Assembly (NCBI RefSeq): GCF_000315625.1
Contig: NW_005434640.1
Coordinates: 194,270-258,269 of the forward strand
Reading direction: 5' to 3'
Length of the DNA: 64,000 bases
Source of the DNA: Guillardia theta CCMP2712
Taxonomy: Eukaryota; Protista; Cryptophyta
The notes under the pieces were generated by a model that saw only the letters and a list, made by a program, of their open reading frames with translations, did not search any database and was not told the DNA's origin. Both the position numbers and the translations under genes were made by a program. Of this stretch, positions 37,641 through 46,703 are shown in pieces (position 1 is the first letter of the stretch; the number at the start of each line of letters is the position of its first letter).

Positions 37641-37810
37641 AGAAGAAGACACAGTGTTGTGATGAGAAATGTTCACCATGTTAGCAGTCAGACATGTATA
37701 CCATGTTAGAATAGAATTCACAAATGTTCACCATGCTAGCACGTGTTCAATCTACAGGTGATTATTGTTCACTATACAAAGGGATGAATAAACAACAGCA
37801 GGCGAAGTGA

Positions 37811-40537
37811 TCAAGTCGACGTGATCCTGCCCTCGCCTTGCGTCTCGTTCCTGACTTGAACAGGGTATGGACGCCTCCGATTGTCAGTCACCAGCCCCAG
37901 CACGATGGCGGAGGAGTTGCTGCCTCCTCCCGCCCCCTCCGACCCTCCCCCTCTGCTCATCACGTTTCCTGTGATGGAGCTCAGCACGTCTCGGATGCCC
38001 AGGATCGAGATCCTCGGCGCCGAACTGCTCTCGGGGGGCTTGTACGCGTAGTGTACCGCCTGCACCTTAACCATGTCCTCCTGCTCCTCCACGATCTTCA
38101 TCACACCTGAGAACACTTTGCGGCACATCGGGCAGTGCCGCCCTGCTGGGCCCTGGTTCCATAACGAGGTGGCACACTGCAGGCACAGTCCTCCGTGCCC
38201 GCACTCCAGCAGAATCGCCTCCCGGTCCCGGTCGAGGCAGACGATACAGCTCGTGTCCTCTCCGCCTCCATCCTCCCTCCCACCTTCGCCTCCCTCACCC
38301 TTGGCTTGTCCTGCCTCACTTGCTACAGCCCCACTCGCTTCAGCCCCAGCATCCGCTGCCGTGCTCTGCGTTCCGTCGCTCACTTTGCCCTTGTCCTGCG
38401 CAGCGGCGTCGTCCTTGGCTTCAACAGTAACCTCCACATGCACGCTGTTGGTATCGGTGCTGCCTGTCTCGTTGCGACGATAGAGAGTGTCGGCGACTTT
38501 CTTCATGACCTCAGGGGCTGGTTCAGTCGAGCATACCTCCTCGACCTGTTGGAGCTCCACTTCACCCCTCAAGCCGGTGTTGGTTCCCATCGAGCGAACA
38601 TTCCTGGAGCGGATCCCAAACAAGCTCACTCCCCTCGGGCCTCGGCAGAGCACGCAGCGCCCCGCACAGAACACAAAGACGGCAAACAGGACTCCTCCGA
38701 ACCACCACTTCCAGGAGGAAAACGAGCTGCCGGCCATAAACGCCACGACCGAGAACTCGTTGCTCGGCGCGTCATTCTCCATGAACAGCAGCAAGTACAC
38801 AGTAGCTCCCTGATCCCATTGGTCGATCATGACTTGCAAGCCGGGCGTTCCATCTGAGGTGTAGCCCCAGTCGCTCACTTGGTAGTAGGCCATCCTCCCG
38901 TTCCTCTTGGTCGCTGCGTATATCCTGGTTGCAGCCTGCAAGGTCTGCCATTGCCTGTAGGTCTGGGAAGTGGGAGCAGACGAAGGCATCAGCTGGAAAT
39001 AGAAGTTCCCTTGCGTGTCTGACGGGACCGCCGAGAAAAGCTGAGCCCTAATAGTCTTGTCTACCGCAAAGTTCATCGGAGTGTCGAGCTGCAAGGAAGT
39101 GGGGGCCACCAGGTACGGCGTCATCGTCCAGATGCTCTTCATGCCGGGATCGATAGTCCACGAGATGTACCTGTCCCCATCGCTCTTGAGGAACAGAACG
39201 GATGTGTACGAGTAGTCGGCCATCCCATCGATCTCTGAGTCATGCCCTCCTACCCACTTGCTCCAGCTCCGCTCCGTCGCCAGGGCGCCCAGACGGACGA
39301 ACATCCTCGAATTGACGTTGGACAAGGCTGGAGTGATGCGAGGCTGGAGTAGGACCAGACCATCGTCGGAGGGGTAGAAGTACATGAACGTATGCTCGTT
39401 CTTGTTGACAGAGAACGGATACGGCTGTCCTTCAGCGAGCATCACGGCTGTCTTCTGAGACGCTGTTACGGATGCAACGTACTTTTCCGTTGACTGCAAC
39501 GCCATGTAGTAGACAGAAGTCCTGACAGGAGAGCTCAAGGTGATGGACGAGTTTCCTGTTGACTGCAACCAGTGTCATGGGCGAAGAGGAAGCACAAGGC
39601 ACTTATTGCTCACCGAGTAGTCGAAGACTGGAGGGGAGTGAGACAGATCAGGGAGGAAAGATGTCCTAAAGTACCAATTCAATGTGGAAGAAGCATCGGA
39701 GCGCCTTGTTTGGTCGACTAGCCCTTGCTCTTTGCTCCTCCGATTGAACAGAATGTCGTCGTACTGCAACCCTCCCGACACACTTCCTTGCGAACTCCTC
39801 ACTTGAACCTTCATCGAATCTCTCTGATTGCCCATCATGTGTGAGCCCTTGATTTGCTGCTCCATGGGAAGATTCGCATTGCTCTGGTCGCTGCGAGCGG
39901 AGACGTTGGAGTTCGCAGCAGAGCTATTGGCGCCTCCGGCTGCCGCTGTCTCATTGCTCGGCGGTACGACGGGGTTCGCGGCAACATCGACTTGAAGGTA
40001 CGAGAATTCAGACCTGCAAGACGGGCAGTCAACGACAAGGAATGCATCCAACCTCCAACCCACCAGGTGATCGAGCCCGACTGCGATATCTTGACGTACG
40101 TCGTGGTCGAAGCAGGCACAGTCAGCGTCGTAGCGGCAGTGTCTTTCAAAATCATGGTCGCGAGCAGCGAGGAGCCCTGTATGATCTCACTCAGCAACTC
40201 CATTGCAATCGGCAGTCGACCCTACCGCTTCAGTGCTCTGAGGAGGGTTCGTCAACGACCCAGGGCAGAGCATGTACTGGGACTGCCCATCCGCCGATAT
40301 AACGCAGAGGCAGCAGTAGGCAGTGCCAGCCAGCGATACAACATCTGAGTTGGCAGCTTGTGTGCAGGAAGAAGATGTTATGGGACAGGGGAGGGTGCAT
40401 TGTTGTGACGGCCAGTCGAACTGGCTGCTGCTGCACTGCTGCCCTCGTGCATGTCGCACCCCCCCCAACAACAAGAGCTGAAAGAAGAGACCAGAGATGA
40501 GAAGTCTAGAGAAGTTTCGCCCGAAAGGACGTTCCAT
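37811..40537 (-). CDS. Single-pass membrane RING (C3HC4) E3 ligase with large ectodomain, multi-exon
   Basis: Signal peptide LLISGLFFQLLLLGGVRHARG, Cys-rich N-terminus, TM WWFGGVLFAVFVFCA, and RING CIVCLDRDREAILLECGHGGLCLQCA...CPMCR. Confidence 0.85.
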
Positions 40538-41629
40538 CCTCGCTTAAGTTAGTGCGTACGATGATAGACGGAATCCATGAAATCAACCGAGTTCTTGCCA
40601 AAACGCGCCTGCAACGTTCAGTGTGAGAAGCGCTGAAAGGACCCTCATTGTCACAAGCACGATGCACATCCCTCTCACAACTTCCAAGTCCCTCAAACAC
40701 TACAGCATCTTTCCAGATTGCATGTAATGGGCAGGTTCTTATCACACCTAACCCTCGCAAGTCTAAACGACAACACCAAAAATTCTTTCCCCCATTCACT
40801 GGCGGTTTATTTCTGTGGAGCTTGCTATGCGGGCCTCTCTGTTCTCCTAGTCTCTGCTCTGCTCTGCTCTCTCGGTCTCCTCTGTCCCCGTGACCATGCC
40901 CGGCCCCGCGCTCCTTTATGTCATCCCGACTGGGAGTTTCGCTTATCGGCCATCACATCCCTTCTGTTTTACTCCCAAAAATGATTGTATCCTTTTAAAA
41001 CTACTGTAAAAAACTATGATGTGCCCTTTTGTGCCAAAATGTTGGTACAGGAGAACTTATAAACCTAAAATTTGCACTAGAGAAAGTTTTTTAATATGGG
41101 GGATTATCCCGGAAATCACTCTATATTTGGGATTTAAAATATATTTAAAAACAAGTGTGTTGGGACATGGAAGGTTTTAAAAAACAGAAAACTCCGGGGT
41201 ACCCCCGTTTCCAAGGCACTTGATGACCTTGTTGATGACAAATAAACTTACTTTTTAAAATAAAACCCTTTTTATTGGTGTAGGGGTTGGATCATGGCAC
41301 GACCCCCTAGTCTACCGCAGACTCTTAGGTCGCACCTAGGGGTTATCTGGGTACCTGGGGATGGCTGGGAAACAGGGGTGGGGTCTTCAGGAAGGGGTGG
41401 AAATACCTCACAAGTTGGCACCCCACCCCCATGGGAAAAGGGCTACTTTGTGGTATTTTCTACCCCTACCCCTGACATGAATAGATTGATCGAGAACTGC
41501 TCAGAGTAGTTTCGGAGGACCAGCGAAGGATCTTATCCTACCCATTTTCCGAGTCCGCCTCAGGACAGCCACCGCCCTCTGTCGATGGTGTAGCGCATCC
41601 ATTTGATCTGGCTGCTGAACGACAAAATA

Positions 41630-44011
41630 ATGTCAGCGATTCGAGCGAGCACAGTTTCACAGAATTCAAGATCTGCATATACATCTAGCATTGTTCGTTT
41701 CTTGCAATTCCTGTACCAAAACATGCGAGCTGTTTTGACTGATGAATTCAAGGAAAAGATTCAAATTGAAATGGAAGGGGATCCACCATTGCCTTCCAGA
41801 AGACGTATCAGAGAAGTCCTTCTGGAAAATTCGGTTGAGTGGACAGGTTAGGAAGGTTTCACTGTTCGCAAGTAATGAATGACCTTTGTTGTTTTTCACA
41901 GGCAGTGCAGAGAGAGTTTATCCTCTGCACTTCGACCGCTTGACTGCGGATGACTTTCTTCTGTGGATCACACATATTAGAGGCACTACCGACAATGGTT
42001 TTGCAACATACAGCAACCATCGATCGGCATTGAACAGCTTATTCAGAGACTTTCAACATGACATCCCATCACAGTTCAAGAACGAGATACAGGAATATTA
42101 CATTGGACTGAAGCGGGATTGCAGTCTTGCGGATTCGACTGGAGTACTTAAAATAACGAATGGGAAAGAGCCTATGAGTATGTCAACGTATCGCTTGTTC
42201 AGTAAGAACATGTTATTTTGCAAGAAGAGGGTTTACATCTTTGCACGCACGTTCTTGATCATTTGCTGGAATCTTATGTGCCGTGCTGGGAGTGCAGAAT
42301 CCATACAATTCAATCATATGCGTTGGAATGAAGACCATCTTCAAATATATTTTGCACATAGCAAGACTGATCAGAGTGGAGATAGACCGCGAGATCCCAG
42401 GAACATATATGCAAACCCCATCAGCCCGGAGATTTGCCCTATTCTGGCCCTTGGAATCTATTTCTTGTGCTATGTTCCAGACGATCAATGGTTATTCCCA
42501 GGCCGATCACAATACAAACGATTTATGCAAGTCCTTGGGCAAATTATGAAGCCGCCCAACAACAGAGGCGAGGCAACCGATGACGTGGATGTTGATGAGG
42601 CAGAAATTCATGATCAGATGGATACAGTTCAAAGGGCAGTGACGACCCATTTGTTATCCCTAGGTCTGCAACCGCAAGACATAGGCATTCACTCGATACG
42701 AAAGGGGTCTGCGACATTTTGTGCTTCTGGAAGCACTCACTGTCCGTCAAGTGCGTCACTTTCAGTGCGAGCAGGAGGGGCCAATGGACCTATCTTTCAG
42801 ACTGATCTGAGATATGAAGCAGCAGGGGATTGTTTTGTAGGTAAGCTCATCAGATGTCTTTCAGGCTTTTCATGGGCTCACGAAGTATGACAGGACGGAC
42901 AGTTGCGGGTCTACCGATAGACCAGGCAGAATTTGCTATTTTGCCTCCGCACTTTGTGGACAGGGATGAGAATCTGACAAAGGCAATCGACCAATTGTTT
43001 CCCACTCTGCCAGCATGCATGAAGGGAGTCGCAGAGTATGTGCTGGCATCGGTGGTATATCATTTGGATTTTCTGAAACGTAACCTGGAGCCGAGTCACC
43101 CGTTATGGCAATCAACACTTTTTCAAGATGAAGGGATGGTGCCCATGTTGAAGCCAAAAGTGGTGTGCTGTATGCCGCAAGAAGCAAGGGGGAGGCTTCA
43201 AGGCACGGGCATACCTCCTCATGTTCACCAGTACATTCACAATGAGAAAGTTTTGACGTCTTTGGCTAAAATACAGGCTGATATGATTCATTTCAGAGAG
43301 CATGCAGACAGGATTGCAGCAGGTCAGAATAACATGCAAGTAGTCAACGAGAATACATCAATGCACAAGGAGTTTATCAAAGAGTGCCTTCGAGAGGTGC
43401 TACGCGAGTCAGAGTTTCGAGGCAATCCTACAAGGACCAGCCAAGTCACGAACTTTGATGGGAGTGGCGTTGACGCAGAAGCTGTAGTGGAGCGTGTTGG
43501 GAGCATGCGGCGACCAGGACAACAATCATCCGACGGAAACATCTCCGACATAAATGGAGCAGGGTCAGAGACAGGAAGAAGTGGTTCTTTTCCCGCCAAT
43601 GTTTACCTGCCGGATGAACTTGGGAACATGATGCAGGCATGGAGCTTGTGGTTCTGTGGAAATGGAACGAAGAAGATACCCATGTTACGCTCTGTTGACC
43701 CGTCAGTGTTGCACACGAAGAACTGCAGGAAACGTCTTTCAGATGTGAAATTCCTCGTGAAATGCTTCGAGCAGCATGTAAGAAGGATCCTAGCGTATCA
43801 AGACCAAGACACACGGGAAGAAGTACAGAGACGGTTGGAAAACTTGCAAAGAGGAGGAGGACCTGTGGACACCCGCTTGACTGAATGTCGGGAGATATTC
43901 GTGATGTACCAGGATTCATTCTTTGCGTGGTTAAACGCAGGAACATCCAGGCGGAAAGGGCAATTGAAGTGGAACACCTTAGTGAAGAAATTAAGAGAGA
44001 GAGATTTGTAG
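41630..44011 (+). CDS. Crypton-type tyrosine recombinase, about 757 aa after splicing (introns 41847-41901 and 42841-42893); catalytic W/Y positions altered
   Basis: WNLMCRAGS (Arg I), HSKTDQ (Lys), HSIRKG (HxxR), RAG-G...TDLRYEAAGD, VG|RTVAGLP...FAILPPHF, and C-terminal AWSLWFCGN...IPMLR...RKRLSD helical domain. Both introns are GT-AG, phase 1, and restore the frame. Confidence 0.88.
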
Positions 44012-44114
44012 CTGACTCCCGCATAGAATGAATGACTTGGTAATTTCCAATCAATTACAATCAGAATCAGACGAGAACCGTTGAATGACAATTAGAATCA
44101 TGAAAACTAGGAGA

Positions 44115-44177
44115 TGTTGACTGTGCTGTGCGACAGTCACGGTCAGGTGAGTAAAGAGGGCCTGTTGACTGTGCTGT
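44115..44177. repeat. 15-bp direct repeat pair downstream of the recombinase
   Basis: tgttgactgtgctgt at 44115-44129 and 44163-44177. Confidence 0.9.
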
Positions 44178-44453
44178 CAGTGTGGCTCGGATACGGGTAG
44201 CACGGGCCCCGGCCCGGCCGGCGGGACTCCGACTCGGGGGCCGGGCGGCCCGACGGTCCTGGGACTGGCCACATCACTAGGGAAGTTCGGAAGCCCAGGG
44301 TTTTCAAGTTTTTGAAAATCTGGCGCGCTACTCTATGGCCAGTCGCATCCCGTGATCGGGAGAGGGTGGGGAGGGAGGAAGACCTTCGTTGGTGAAGGAG
44401 ATTAACATACTACACAAGCTCTCGTCTAAGGAAGTTTCCTCTTGCTAGCCTCG

Positions 44454-45990
44454 ATGGTACCGTTGACAGCGACTCGGAAAAACTTCCAGCTTCGACTGTT
44501 GTTGGGACTGGGCATTTTGTGTGCCTTGATCGCCCAGTCGAGGGTCCATGGGCTGATCCCTCAGACTTTCTTGTTCAGTCCTTCATCTCGATTCGACCAC
44601 CTTGGTCGGGACACCCACCAGATCAGGAATGATAACTTTCAACTCGACGATGAAGGACTCGATTTTCAGTATGATTCTGAACCAGTGACGAGTGACGATA
44701 CGCCAGGGCACGGCATGTCGTCCTTTTACAACTCATTGGAGAAAGAGCAAGAAGAAGCCTCAAGATTGTTCAGTTCCATATCATCGATTTTTCATCGAAT
44801 GATATTTTCATACCTTGCAAGTTGGCTCAGATTTGCAAAATACATTGGTGAATACTTCTGCAGAAGCTCCAGGTCCAGAACGCGAATGGATGCGATATCG
44901 CATGAATCTGATGTGGACATTGGCGACGACTACAATGAACCCTACGAATCATTCTATGAGAAGCGTGCAGTCGAGCAGAGCGGTAGTGAAATGTTTTCAT
45001 CGCCGAGGTATGTTGCGGTCAACCTAGTTGTAAGCTCTTAGCGGCATTACAGGATCTACACTGCGTCAACCAGTGAAACCAACTCTAACAAAGATGATGT
45101 CTTGAGTGCGAGAGAATGCAGGGGCTCCCTCGATCTGTCTGATTCTCCAGGTTGTTGAGGTTGAGATGGGTTTCCAATGGAAGCGTGACTGTCCTAGGTT
45201 TAGATCAAGCTCGTGCAAGAAGTTGTATGATCTCTCCATACCACCCTTCTTTTGGAAGACGTACGCTGCATGCTTGTCTTCTTGGTCCTCGTCTGACCTT
45301 GGCACTCTTACCAGGACCCCTTGACATGATGTTGACTCCAAACTCACAGGTTACCTGACTCAACAAGAGCCTTGCTTTGATGTGCAGTTTGTGTACAGCT
45401 GTCAGAGAGGTTCCAGTCTGGGAATCCCTTTTCGCATCGAAAGCTATCACGGGAGGAAGTCGTCAATGAGTTGGGCAAACAGATTCTCTTCTTGGAAGGG
45501 AGGGTTCAAGAATCGCGCTTCGAGCTTGAACGGTACTAACATTATGATGTCTCTTTTCCTTGATCACTTCCACCGTCAGGACTCGCAAGGACAGAGAACA
45601 AATGTACGAGGAGTTGCACCAAGCTCAGATGAAGATAGATCAGTTGGAATCTGAGATCAGCAGGCTCAAATATGAAGGTGTGATGGATGAGAAGCATGTT
45701 TCCGACTTCTTCGTCGGATGAATTGTTTTGTCCAGGTGTAGATAGTGTACAAGTCCAAAGGCTGCAGCGACAGCTCCAGTGTGTGACACAAGCAAACAAA
45801 CTTCGAGAACAGGCGATCGAAGACATGTGTGTATATCTCAATTGAGTGTATGGCCTAACAGAATCATCTCAGATGTAAATGGATGCCAACATGTCTTGAT
45901 CGATGCTCATAAAACCATCCAATGGTCATCAAACCATGTCTGTCCCTGCTAGATAAGTTTGAGCTCGGAACGATGGCCAAAAAATGCGAG
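44454..45990 (+). CDS. Hypothetical protein with N-terminal signal/TM segment, multi-exon (3' end uncertain)
   Basis: LLLGLGILCALIA hydrophobic start, acidic region, several short GT-AG introns. No recognisable domain. Confidence 0.45.
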
Positions 45991-46049
45991 TCAGTTGTGT
46001 TATGAAGTGCCCTGTATAGGATGAAATAAATGTGAAGCACCGTGTAATT

Positions 46050-46390
46050 CACCGTGGGGCAGGACTCCAGGGGCTACGACTCTTGCACTGCACCGTGAGC
46101 ACTCGGGGGAGAGGCCCTACAACTGAGGGGAGTGAGCGGGGGAGCGACCGGAGGATGCTTGACGGCCCCGGCACCGGACCGGGGGCCCAGGCCCGGGGCG
46201 CTGCCCGGCCACAGTGCGACGGTCCCGGCGGCCTCCCCGGGACCAGCCTCATACCGGGGCGATTCCAAGCCCCAGTACGTCGGTCCGATAACCATCCAGC
46301 CCGGGCCCATCATGGACTCGGCGGGGGCCCTGGTGCCTCCCGGAGTCCCCGGACCCGCTGCCCCCGGGGGGGCCGGCCGCCGGGCCGCAT
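46050..46390. other. GC-rich CCGG intergenic island
   Basis: Very high density of ccgg/ggcc/cccggg. GACTC/GAGTC at 46063, 46315 and 46343. Confidence 0.6.
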
Positions 46391-46703
46391 TTGAGCGTAT
46401 CTCGACGCACTTTGTCCATTAACTAAAAATTCTTAACGGCTGGCCCTGGGACGGCGATGCTGTGGAAGGAAAGGATGCCGCGGCGGTGAGAGCAGCAGGG
46501 AAGGCGATGGCGAAAGGGCAGAGAAGATCTCATGCATGATGAAGACAAGCTTGTCATCTCTCCTATCACCTCCATCTTGTACAGTGTGTTAGTTTGCTGC
46601 CCTTGACAGTCTCAACCTCCAACTTGAACGTGGGACTGTAGGAAGGGCGCGAGGGCAGGAGAGAGGGAGAGGAGTTTGAGAGCAGGGTTGCAGACGGTCC
46701 ACA

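Larger units (their letters stand above)
41095..44338 (+). mobile_element. Candidate Crypton (CryptonS-like) DNA transposon, boundaries tentative
   Basis: YR gene with no RT and no long TIR/LTR. Lower GC than neighbours. Direct TATGG pentamers at 41095-41099 and 44334-44338. Confidence 0.5.

Noticed and set aside
41630-44011. Prophage integrase, DIRS retrotransposon or bacterial contamination
   Set aside because: Spliceosomal introns are present, and no RT/RNase H, phage or virophage genes are nearby.
44115-44177. Repeat-spacer-repeat (15 bp + 33 bp + 15 bp) as a mini-CRISPR or guide array for the recombinase
   Set aside because: Only two short repeats, no third copy, and I found no match to the spacer elsewhere in the window. 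Kept only as a subterminal direct repeat.
44454-46390. Downstream hypothetical gene as cargo of a larger Crypton
   Set aside because: Only similar base composition supports it. It has no recognisable cargo domain and there is no convincing outer terminus.
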